Source: a virus (Duplodnaviria > Caudoviricetes). From it: a stretch of DNA of 38,406 bases. The stretch covers positions 1 to 38,406 of IMG/VR virus record IMGVR_UViG_3300025296_000049; one strand, 5' to 3'. The notes beneath the pieces were generated by a model, which made no database searches, was not told the origin of the DNA, and worked only from the letters and a program-made list of their open reading frames with translations. The first letter of the stretch is position 1. Every line of letters begins with the position of its first letter. This document shows, piece after piece, positions 1-7,144 of this stretch. Both the position numbers and the translations under genes were made by a program.

Positions 1-17
1 GTATTAACAGGGGAGCG
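1..17 (+). repeat. Terminal direct repeat, left copy (GTATTAACAGGGGAGCG)
   Basis: Identical to 38390..38406; probably an assembly circularisation overlap. Confidence 0.95.
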
Positions 18-92
18 GCGTGGGGGTGGTGGGCGTGGGCGTATGGTGGGCATTGGTTTTGAGAACCACAGCGCAGTCCACGTTTATAGGGT

Positions 93-536
93 TCAAACGT
101 CAACGGTGGCTTTCTTTGTGGACTCTTGAGCTTTGCCTGTCACATTCTTCACAAGCTGAATCAATACCGAACCTGTTGAACTGTCTCCGGTTCTGTTGGT
201 TTTCTGTGAGAATTCACCCTGTTGCGTTCTGTCCAGCCACCAGGCTGATGCCAGCCATTGCTTCTCGCTATGGCGGGCAATGTTGGCAAGGTGTTTTTTA
301 ACGCCTTTCTCTTTAGAGGAAAGGAGAACCTGCACAGCCTCTTCATCTCTCTTGAGAAGCTTGGAAAATGTCGACTCTGGAATCTGCAGCAGTCTTGCCA
401 CGCGAGTTTGTGACATGCCAAGTTCAAAAGCTTCACAAGCTGTTTCCACCATTTCAGGAGTCAATTTGCTTATGGCTGGCTTGCGGCCGACCTTGGTTAC
501 GCTTGGCGGTCTCTTGTTTGTTATCTTCACACTCAT
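93..536 (-). CDS. terS: Terminase small subunit (HTH type)
   Basis: GRKP..KLTPE N-terminus, HTH (MSQTRVARLLQIPESTF), WLASAWWLDR motif; immediately upstream of TerL on the circle. Confidence 0.8.
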   Translation of the reverse strand: MSVKITNKRPPSVTKVGRKPAISKLTPEMVETACEAFELGMSQTRVARLLQIPESTFSKLLKRDEEAVQVLLSSKEKGVKKHLANIARHSEKQWLASAWWLDRTQQGEFSQKTNRTGDSSTGSVLIQLVKNVTGKAQESTKKATVDV

Positions 537-665
537 AAATAAAAGCGGATAGGTTTTTAGCTAACAGGGACGGGGCAAACAAGCTCATTATTCACCATTT
601 GCCACAATATATCACATTTACCCGTGAATTGCCTGAAAATACTTTGCAATATGTGAAAATAACCC

Positions 666-693
666 TTGCGCAATAGCGTGTAGAGTGTAGATT
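666..693 (+). promoter_or_regulatory. Putative sigma70-type early promoter
   Basis: TTGCGC-N16-TAGATT with an AT-rich upstream region, ahead of the + strand gene cluster. Confidence 0.5.
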
Positions 694-764
694 CTTTGTG
701 TCGCCAATGCTGGCGGCAAAGTGTGAGACTAGGAAACTCAAGTTAGCTAGGAAACAAACTCATT

Positions 765-1004
765 ATGAAAATTGAAACTATCACATATAAACTACCAGCC
801 TATTGGGCAAGCTATCTAATCAATGGCGACTCAAGCGGATTGGAGGAAAGCGAATTGCAAACGGTGGATTCATTCTTACAAAGTGAAAGCGAACCAAGCT
901 TTGTGGATTGCGGGGAACAATACTTTTCATGGACAAATGACGCCACACAATTAGGCGGCGACGTTTGCGAATATGTAGCGCACGTTATAAGAAAGGCTGA
1001 ATAA
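765..1004 (+). CDS. Acidic phage hypothetical protein (DUF6926-like)
   Basis: 79 aa; LPAYWASYLINGDSSGL motif recalled from small phage early proteins. Confidence 0.6.
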   Translation: MKIETITYKLPAYWASYLINGDSSGLEESELQTVDSFLQSESEPSFVDCGEQYFSWTNDATQLGGDVCEYVAHVIRKAE

Positions 1005-1222
1005 TGATTAATCCAAATAATGACGCGGATTTGTTGACCTTGCAATTTGAAAGCAAGGCGCGGCAAATATCACAGTTAAACCGGAAAGGCTTTTGCACGC
1101 ATGAAAGGCGGCAAGGCAATGGTGATCCGGCAAATGAAACCGGCAAGTCAACTTGCTTGGAATGCGGCAAGGTTTCAACATGGGAAGGATTGGAGGAGGA
1201 AAGGCGGGAATTATTAATGTAA
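1004..1222 (+). CDS. Small Cys/His protein, possible zinc binder
   Basis: TAATG coupling to the upstream gene; CTH...CLECG. Confidence 0.6.
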   Translation: MINPNNDADLLTLQFESKARQISQLNRKGFCTHERRQGNGDPANETGKSTCLECGKVSTWEGLEEERRELLM

Positions 1223-1269
1223 TCACACTGTGCAAATACCAGGAATCTGGTGTTTGCCTTGTGTGATTA
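1220..1269 (+). promoter_or_regulatory. 50-nt hairpin with internal loop (RNase III site-like)
   Basis: TAATCACAC/GTGTGATTA lower stem; GCAAATACCAG/CTGGTGTTTGC upper stem. Confidence 0.55.
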
Positions 1270-1297
1270 GTAAAAACAATAAGACTAGGATAAAAAA

Positions 1298-1852
1298 ATG
1301 AAGATTGATAAAAAATACAAACTGGAAAAGATCGTTTCAAAAGATAAAACACGTGAACATATTTCCAACGTGTGCATTGATAAAAAACATGATGCCCAAG
1401 CGCGTGCCATTGCTACAGATGGCCGAATGCTGGCGAGCGTGCCTGTGGACATTGAAGATTGTGATGATTTCCGTGATGAAAAGATATTGCCCGCAAAGGT
1501 ATTTACAGAAGCGCGTAAGGTTGGCGGCAAGCGCGTGGAACAATCCACCATTCAAATGAATGGCGCAATCCTTATTGGAAGTGGGGAAACTTTCCCCTAT
1601 CCAGAAGATACGCGGCCATATCCAAACTGGCGGCAAATTATGCCGGATTGGAAAGATGCTGAATATGGGGAAATAACATTAGATGCAAAAATGTTATTTG
1701 AATTGGCGCAAGCTGTGGGATGCGATCAAAATAGGGCGACAATCCGCTTGCGCTTGCAAGGCGGAGGGAACGGAAAAACAATAGACCCTTTGCATCCCGT
1801 GGAAATACGCAATGGAATGGCACGCGGCGTGTTAATGCCAGTGCGCCCTTAA
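1298..1852 (+). CDS. DNA polymerase III beta sliding clamp-like protein (partial clamp fold)
   Basis: 184 aa; AIATDGRMLA resembles the DnaN ATDGHRL motif and YPNWRQIMP resembles FPDYRRVIP. Confidence 0.7.
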   Translation: MKIDKKYKLEKIVSKDKTREHISNVCIDKKHDAQARAIATDGRMLASVPVDIEDCDDFRDEKILPAKVFTEARKVGGKRVEQSTIQMNGAILIGSGETFPYPEDTRPYPNWRQIMPDWKDAEYGEITLDAKMLFELAQAVGCDQNRATIRLRLQGGGNGKTIDPLHPVEIRNGMARGVLMPVRP

Positions 1853-1899
1853 TCCTACACTCCGCCCTTGCAAGTTGCGAGGGCGGGAATGTGGGATTA
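1850..1899 (+). promoter_or_regulatory. Second 50-nt hairpin with internal loop (RNase III site-like)
   Basis: TAATCCTAC/GTGGGATTA lower stem; TCCGCCCTTGCA/TGCGAGGGCGGG upper stem. Confidence 0.55.
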
Positions 1900-1906
1900 C
1901 CACAAA

Positions 1907-1986
1907 CCTAGCCAAGCAAAGTGCCTTGGATGCCCGCTGGCTAGGATAAGAACAACGGGCAAACGTGGGTTAACACGCTCCAAGGC
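1907..1986 (+). ncRNA. Candidate pseudoknotted structured RNA
   Basis: Perfect stems 1907-1914/1938-1945, 1923-1930/1979-1986, 1931-1936/1956-1961 and 1964-1967/1974-1977. Confidence 0.5.
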
Positions 1987-2003
1987 GGATTGAGACTAGG
2001 AAA

Positions 2004-2513
2004 ATGGAAACTATAAACCAAGCTAAATCGCTGGCGGATATTCTCGCCGGATCATTTGAAACACGCGAGCGTCAATCTGGCGGCACATTTCATGCGCTAA
2101 AAGATGGCTCGCCGGATTGGATACAGGAGGCGGTGAAAGATGCTCACCATGACGGCTATGAATTGCGCTTGTGTGATGATTGGATTTATCAGCAATGCGA
2201 TTCAATCGCCAGCGATATCCGGCAAAAGATTTTGCATGATGATATTGCGCCAAGTGAATTACTGGAAAACTTGCAACTTACGGCGGATGATTACACCAGC
2301 AACCTGCTCTCCTGGTTGTCTAGTCATCGTGATAACTTGCAATATTGCAATGATTACGCGGAGGAAAATGGATTCAGCTTGAAAGATAATCCATATGGAG
2401 ACGGGCGCACAGGATTGGAAGCCATTATTGCAGGCGGTCAAATGAAAGCCAAAAGGGAAATTGCATCGGCCATGGTTGGCGCATTCTTGAATCAATTGGA
2501 GGCAAGCGCATGA
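2004..2513 (+). CDS. Acidic Ocr-like (T7 gp0.3-like) putative antirestriction protein
   Basis: D/E-rich and helical; IRQKILHDDI...ADDYTSNLLSWLS loosely resembles Ocr; early-region position. Confidence 0.45.
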   Translation: METINQAKSLADILAGSFETRERQSGGTFHALKDGSPDWIQEAVKDAHHDGYELRLCDDWIYQQCDSIASDIRQKILHDDIAPSELLENLQLTADDYTSNLLSWLSSHRDNLQYCNDYAEENGFSLKDNPYGDGRTGLEAIIAGGQMKAKREIASAMVGAFLNQLEASA

Positions 2514-2836
2514 AAATCAAAGACGCATTGAATAACCGGGAGCATTTCAAGCACCTTGAAAAACCGCCTGTAAACTCCCAACCATTGACCTCCCCCCCGT
2601 TAAAAGGGCAAAGCCTTTGGGCATATCGTTGGGCCGGGGAACAGCGTGGTTATGTGTGGGATTTGGCAACTGTTTTGGAAATCATAAAAGGCCATGCACA
2701 TTCTCCCACAATGTGCCGCCTTTCCTTTGGGAAAGGCTTGTTGGGCAATGGGCAGGATCAGTTTTTCATTGAAAACCTTAACGGGCATACAAGTGAACCA
2801 TTTAACGAAAAATTGAGAAAGGCAAGCCAATGCTAA
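2510..2836 (+). CDS. Hypothetical protein
   Basis: 108 aa, ATGA overlap with the upstream gene. Confidence 0.6.
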   Translation: MKIKDALNNREHFKHLEKPPVNSQPLTSPPLKGQSLWAYRWAGEQRGYVWDLATVLEIIKGHAHSPTMCRLSFGKGLLGNGQDQFFIENLNGHTSEPFNEKLRKASQC

Positions 2837-3024
2837 CCCAACAACTTGCCACTGATCCCCGCCAAATCCGCGCACGCTTTGCCGGCCATTGCTACGAAAC
2901 GGGCTTGCGTATTCAGCCGGGCGATTGGATTATTTACCATCCCTTGACGCAAGACGTTTACTGCGCGTATTCGCTCGCGTATAAGCAATTTGAAAACGCA
3001 AACCTTTATCAACTAACCCATTAA
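2830..3024 (+). CDS. Small phage protein (ARF-G-C--TG--I--GD-I-Y, zinc-ribbon-like)
   Basis: 64 aa, overlaps the upstream stop; recurring phage motif. Confidence 0.6.
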   Translation: MLTQQLATDPRQIRARFAGHCYETGLRIQPGDWIIYHPLTQDVYCAYSLAYKQFENANLYQLTH

Positions 3025-3030
3025 AACATT

Positions 3031-3213
3031 ATGAAAAACGATCATATTCAATTCATTAACAAACAAGGCGGGATTCCTTTCGCGCCTAATCTGGCGAGCA
3101 AATTGGCAAATCATTTCAGCATATCGCGAAATGCTGCCATTCTTATCTTGCGTGAATACTTTCGCGCATTGCAAGGCCAAGCTGAATACCTAAAAAACCG
3201 ATGCCCTCGTTAA
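3031..3213 (+). CDS. Hypothetical protein
   Basis: 60 aa; CATTATGAAAA start context shared with other early genes. Confidence 0.55.
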   Translation: MKNDHIQFINKQGGIPFAPNLASKLANHFSISRNAAILILREYFRALQGQAEYLKNRCPR

Positions 3214-3380
3214 CTAACAAACGCCAGGTAAAGGCATTTGCCCTTGCCAATTCGCCTAAAGGTAAACCGCGAGTCTCGCAAGCATTCCTTGACGGGATTG
3301 AGGCGGAGACAAGGCTGGCAATCCTGAAACGACTTAATCACCACGACAACAAAATATCAAAAGGGAAGACCCTAGTATGA
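3201..3380 (+). CDS. Putative short histone-fold protein (59 aa, absent from ORF track)
   Basis: Manual translation MPSLTNKRQVKAFALANSPKGKPRVSQAFLDGIEAETRLAILKRLNHHDNKISKGKTLV; fills the intergenic gap; has the RVS and GKTL loop motifs of prokaryotic histones. Confidence 0.6.
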   Translation: MPSLTNKRQVKAFALANSPKGKPRVSQAFLDGIEAETRLAILKRLNHHDNKISKGKTLV

Positions 3381-3589
3381 CAACGGACTACCCATATTTA
3401 GGTCAGGGAAGAATTATGAAAACACAAATACAAATACAGGCAGACTATGACTCGCGTGATTTACTGAAAAGCGCGGGAGTCAAACGCATTCGCGAGGGTG
3501 CTTGGTACACCGTGACCTATCGCGGCATAAAATTGGATAACTCAACTATAACCGGCGCAAAGCTAAACAGAAAAGGGGAATTGATATGA
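3377..3589 (+). CDS. Hypothetical protein (alternative start at 3416)
   Basis: ATGA overlaps at both ends. Confidence 0.55.
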   Translation: MTTDYPYLGQGRIMKTQIQIQADYDSRDLLKSAGVKRIREGAWYTVTYRGIKLDNSTITGAKLNRKGELI

Positions 3590-3870
3590 AAAGAACATTC
3601 AGGCTAATTGAAAATAAAGACGTAAACTCGGTGCTTGGTTGGTACGGCATCACAGTGATCGGGCGGAGTGTTTTTCGTACTGTCCACTATCCAAAAGCAC
3701 CTCATTCCGAGAAGAAGGCAAGCATGAGTGTGCCGGAATACATCTTGGATTGTGTTTGCTCGGAAAAGCCGGGGGGAAAGCTAATCTTTATTCAAATCCC
3801 GGAGGAAGAATTGATGGAGGAAGTTGGCTGTGGCATTTATGAATTGATTGACTATTCCACGGGCAACTAG
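3586..3870 (+). CDS. Hypothetical protein
   Basis: 94 aa, AAGGGG SD-like sequence; ends STGN inside the 28-bp repeat. Confidence 0.6.
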   Translation: MKRTFRLIENKDVNSVLGWYGITVIGRSVFRTVHYPKAPHSEKKASMSVPEYILDCVCSEKPGGKLIFIQIPEEELMEEVGCGIYELIDYSTGN

Positions 3871-3884
3871 CTTGCCCATTCCTA
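3857..3884 (+). repeat. 28-bp direct repeat copy 1 (CCACGGGCAACTAGCTTGCCCATTCCTA)
   Basis: Identical to 4563..4590; internal palindrome GGGCAA/TTGCCC. Confidence 0.9.
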
Positions 3885-3886
3885 TT

Positions 3887-4576
3887 ATGAAAACACAAAC
3901 CACATCAATGGAGGAAATGCGTGACGATATTTGCGCTCAACTCACAGAGCATGAGCTTGCCCCTGATTTAGGCGGCGACTATGCCATGAACAAAGCAGCA
4001 GCAGATTATTTTAGAGGGTGCGAGGATTGGCCCGATGAAAAGATCAGGCTGGAACACGCGAAACTGTTTGAGTATGAGCCTGATCCACCCGAACGCTCGC
4101 CAGAGCAGATGAAACGTGCTGCCGAGGTGCAGGAAAGGATTGACAACTACCCTCGCGCCAAGGCGTGGGAGGTTGAGGAATTGTTTGAACACGCACCGGA
4201 TGGTGATTTCTGCTGGGATGACCAAGAGGCAGGTGATTGGCACGTTTATTGTTGCGGGGAAAAGGATTGCGAACGGCAATGGCACAAGGTCGCTTACACG
4301 CTCATCTTAAAGCGTCACGCGGGAAGGCGAAAAATAGAGCATCATTCAGTGGATGAAGATGGCAACTGGGAAATTGAGGATGGTTGGGTAGAGGGTGAAG
4401 ATAACTCATGGTTTTTTGAGTCATTAGCCAATGAAAGCAATGATTTCTTCAAGGGTTGGGCGAGGTACTACCTGTATTGCTTCCATGGCGGGAAAGGTGT
4501 GCTTGAGCAAGCTCGCGAACAATCACCAGAAGATTGGCTGAAAGCAGCAGAGAAAATGATTCCCACGGGCAACTAG
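3887..4576 (+). CDS. Highly acidic hypothetical protein (229 aa)
   Basis: ATG at 3887 preferred to the track start at 3848; rich in D/E/W. Confidence 0.7.
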   Translation: MKTQTTSMEEMRDDICAQLTEHELAPDLGGDYAMNKAAADYFRGCEDWPDEKIRLEHAKLFEYEPDPPERSPEQMKRAAEVQERIDNYPRAKAWEVEELFEHAPDGDFCWDDQEAGDWHVYCCGEKDCERQWHKVAYTLILKRHAGRRKIEHHSVDEDGNWEIEDGWVEGEDNSWFFESLANESNDFFKGWARYYLYCFHGGKGVLEQAREQSPEDWLKAAEKMIPTGN

Positions 4577-4590
4577 CTTGCCCATTCCTA
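4563..4590 (+). repeat. 28-bp direct repeat copy 2
   Basis: Identical to 3857..3884. Confidence 0.9.
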
Positions 4591-4592
4591 GC

Positions 4593-4624
4593 AGGGGTCG
4601 GGGGCGCGAGCTTCCGGCCCCTTT
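4593..4624 (+). terminator. GC-rich hairpin with GCGA tetraloop, possible weak terminator
   Basis: AGGGGTCGGGGGC-GCGA-GCTTCCGGCCCCT followed by only a short T run. Confidence 0.4.
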
Positions 4625-4644
4625 CCGGGTGAAAGGTGAGAACC

Positions 4645-4764
4645 ATGAAAAAGCCAAAAAGCAAAAGTTATTCACAGTCGGTTCCTAGGGAATTGAATCA
4701 TTTTGATACTGAAACGGGCGGATTGAGGCGGATTGGAGAATTTGAAAAGGTGAGTATGTTATAA
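4645..4764 (+). CDS. Possible 39-aa peptide
   Basis: MKKPKSKSYS...VSML, preceded by AAAGGTGAG. Confidence 0.3.
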   Translation: MKKPKSKSYSQSVPRELNHFDTETGGLRRIGEFEKVSML

Positions 4765-4812
4765 TGACGGCGTTCGCGGAATTAACCGTGGAGCAAAAAA
4801 GAAAGTCTAGGA

Positions 4813-5259
4813 ATGGATAATAAAGTACACGACCAACTGTATGCAGCACAATGTGCGTTGCTGCGTGAAATAGATGCGGAGGAAATGAAGGAACGTGCTG
4901 CCGATGAGAAAAAGGAGTGGCGGCGAATGAGGGAAGTGGAGTGGTGCAAGTGGAGTTCCAATTGTTCCGGCACTCAATCGGCAGTCCATGTGACTGCTGA
5001 TGGATTGACTACACTCTGCAATAAAAAGATTCCACAGATTCACGAATCAAATCTGAACGGGGTAAAGCCGAGAAGCAAACAGTGGATAAGTGGCACGACA
5101 AGTTCAGCAACAGGCGGCACGACATACGATACATTTGTCCACTACAGCAGCACGGTGGTGGGATCATTGCCAGCCCCCCATAAGTATTATGGCACTTGCA
5201 AATGCTGTGCCAAGCGTAGCAATGACAAGTTCACAAACAACCACCGCACAGCGTCCTGA
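4813..5259 (+). CDS. Hypothetical protein with H..TLC...CxxC possible zinc site
   Basis: 148 aa; VH..TTLCNK and TCKCC. Confidence 0.6.
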   Translation: MDNKVHDQLYAAQCALLREIDAEEMKERAADEKKEWRRMREVEWCKWSSNCSGTQSAVHVTADGLTTLCNKKIPQIHESNLNGVKPRSKQWISGTTSSATGGTTYDTFVHYSSTVVGSLPAPHKYYGTCKCCAKRSNDKFTNNHRTAS

Positions 5260-5375
5260 AGCCTCCCAAGGCATAATGTGACACATCCCACCACAAAATG
5301 CCTACAGCACCCCTTTACGCGCCAGCAAAGGGCATTCCTTTGGAACCTTACACTGCCCAATGCCGTCTAACAGGA

Positions 5376-5489
5376 ATGATGGATGGGTGGACTCTATTTT
5401 CAATCGGCATGGCCTTGCTGGAGACTCTTGCACACGTTGCAACTGGTCTTGGCGTGGTCGTTATCGCTATCAAAATGATACGCGCCTAG
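5376..5489 (+). CDS. Small membrane peptide (37 aa)
   Basis: Hydrophobic MMDGWTLFSIGMALLETLAHVATGLGVVVIAIKMIRA; converges on the replication initiator. Confidence 0.45.
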   Translation: MMDGWTLFSIGMALLETLAHVATGLGVVVIAIKMIRA

Positions 5490-6205
5490 GCTTTCTTGCC
5501 TCTCGCGAGTAATTCGGCAATCCCTGCAATACCAGGAGGGATATCTGCTTGCTGTTGTTCACGCGGTGAGAAGCTCATCAGCGTGGATTTGATTTCCCTT
5601 TCCTTATCGCGTAGCTCGCGGAGTCGGTCTGGATCATCCTGCCGATTCCAGCTAATGACATCGCCGGTAGCGTCTAGGCATCGCCCGTTGAGGATGGATT
5701 TAATTTCTTCGGCCACTAGCTTCTGCGCGTGTTCCAAGCCTATTCGGTCAGCGGTGCTTAAACTTTGAACGGGGGGATTTAGGGGGGTTTGTTTTGTTTT
5801 GTTTTGTTTTGTTTTGCTTGGTTGAGCGGTGCTGCTTTTTTGCTTCCCCTTTGCTTCAGCAATCGTTGACGATTGCTTACTTGCCAATCCTCCTATTCTC
5901 CCTGCTTTTACGCGCTTATCTCTTAAGGCAATGACCTCTTTCCGAACCGCTTCAAGCCGTGGGTGTCTTAAGCGTTTTTCATCGTCTATGTAAAATTTGA
6001 TCAGGATTTGTTCCAATTTTGGTGTGGAAACGCCAGCCAAACGGGCAATATGTGATTTGCTTTTATAGGGTATTCCGTCCTCAATCCATGAGTGACATAA
6101 AAGGCGCATATACGCCCCCACTTCCGCCGGAGTCATAAGCATGGTACTCACCAGAAAGTCAGCAGGGAAGAAAGGGAACTGGAATAGGCGGTCTTTATCT
6201 TTCAT
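5486..6205 (-). CDS. Replication initiator, YdaU/DUF1376 family
   Basis: FPFFPADFL..T..MT..EVGAYMRLLCHSW N-terminal signature, a GRIGG segment and a low-complexity linker. Confidence 0.85.
   Translation of the reverse strand: MKDKDRLFQFPFFPADFLVSTMLMTPAEVGAYMRLLCHSWIEDGIPYKSKSHIARLAGVSTPKLEQILIKFYIDDEKRLRHPRLEAVRKEVIALRDKRVKAGRIGGLASKQSSTIAEAKGKQKSSTAQPSKTKQNKTKQTPLNPPVQSLSTADRIGLEHAQKLVAEEIKSILNGRCLDATGDVISWNRQDDPDRLRELRDKEREIKSTLMSFSPREQQQADIPPGIAGIAELLARGKKA
5787..5884. repeat. (GTTTT)5 tract plus TTGCTT repeats; candidate replication origin
   Basis: (GTTTT)5 at 5791..5815 and four TTGCTT units inside the initiator gene. Confidence 0.5.
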
Positions 6206-6671
6206 TCAATTCTCTCCATTCAATGTGTTCAAGGGGGCAAAGGTAAAAGATTTGGGTCATATTAGTGTACCGGCGGTCTGTGATGGTCTTTTTACGCCAA
6301 TATGGGCGTGTTTTGCAGTACACAATAGCCGCGTGAGTCTGTGCTTTGTTTAAAATCATGTATGCGTAGGGCTTTGGCTTGGCGCGGTCATAGGTTTTGG
6401 CCGCACACACGATAAAATCCTCTCCAAAGGGCCAATTTGAGGCATTAGTGAACTCTGCTGTGAGTCCTTTGACCTCTATACGCTGCTGAATGAACAAGTC
6501 GCCATCATCCATGCAATTATGGCGGTCTTCCCAATCTTTACACTTGAACATGGGCGCAATGGCGACTTGCATACCCTTCCCGTAAAGGTATTTCGCGCAT
6601 TTAAAGACCGCATCAGCACTTTGATCCAAGCTGTCAACGAACTTCTGATGTTCTCTGAATTCATCTGTCAT
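6195..6671 (-). CDS. PD-(D/E)xK nuclease-fold protein
   Basis: DDGDL....RIEVKG motif. Confidence 0.55.
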   Translation of the reverse strand: MTDEFREHQKFVDSLDQSADAVFKCAKYLYGKGMQVAIAPMFKCKDWEDRHNCMDDGDLFIQQRIEVKGLTAEFTNASNWPFGEDFIVCAAKTYDRAKPKPYAYMILNKAQTHAAIVYCKTRPYWRKKTITDRRYTNMTQIFYLCPLEHIEWRELNER

Positions 6672-6675
6672 GCTG

Positions 6676-6759
6676 TCATTTACTTATCATATAAAGCAAC
6701 CAGAGCAGCCCCAATACGAGCAGGAGGTCTATCGCTAGTCGCCAATCTTTATTCTTCAT
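6676..6759 (-). CDS. 27-aa single-TM peptide (absent from ORF track)
   Basis: MKNKDWRLAIDLLLVLGLLWLLYMISK; ATGA overlap with the upstream stop. Confidence 0.55.
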   Translation of the reverse strand: MKNKDWRLAIDLLLVLGLLWLLYMISK

Positions 6760-7022
6760 TCCAAGTCATCAACTATTGCCGTCATTATGCGGCTTAATCT
6801 GCGCCGCGATATGGATTCCCACCTCTTGCTGTTATAACCATAATGTTCCCGTGAGGGTGCAAAGAGCTTATGCAGAAATCGCTGGATGAACATATGATTT
6901 GAATGCCCACCCTTCTTTAGCTCAAGCATTACCCTGTCAACGATTTCATCCACCGGATAAGCCACCCGCGTTATGCCGTCCACGCCTTCTTTCGTTTCCT
7001 TGTTAGTTCTTCTTTTAGCCAT
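6756..7022 (-). CDS. Hypothetical protein
   Basis: 88 aa, co-oriented within the operon. Confidence 0.5.
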   Translation of the reverse strand: MAKRRTNKETKEGVDGITRVAYPVDEIVDRVMLELKKGGHSNHMFIQRFLHKLFAPSREHYGYNSKRWESISRRRLSRIMTAIVDDLE

Positions 7023-7144
7023 TCATCCCTACTCCTGGTTATCCCAATCAGCACACTATCCACTTCACTCCTGCTGGCGTTAGGATCAGCCAACACGCGG
7101 CGAGCGATGTTCTCCCACTCTTCAAGACTCCCGCTTTTCTTCAT
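6971..7144 (-). CDS. Hypothetical protein (57 aa)
   Basis: MKKSGSLEEWENIARRV..., fills the operon gap. Confidence 0.5.
   Translation of the reverse strand: MKKSGSLEEWENIARRVLADPNASRSEVDSVLIGITRSRDEWLKEELTRKRKKAWTA

Noticed and set aside
1-17. Biological terminal repeat
   Set aside because: Only 17 nt; most simply an assembly overlap.
1220-1899. Integron attC sites
   Set aside because: The hairpins lack RYYYAAC/GTTRRRY ends and the integrase shows no IntI features.
3214-3376. Apparent intergenic ncRNA
   Set aside because: Better explained by the 59-aa ORF at 3201..3380.
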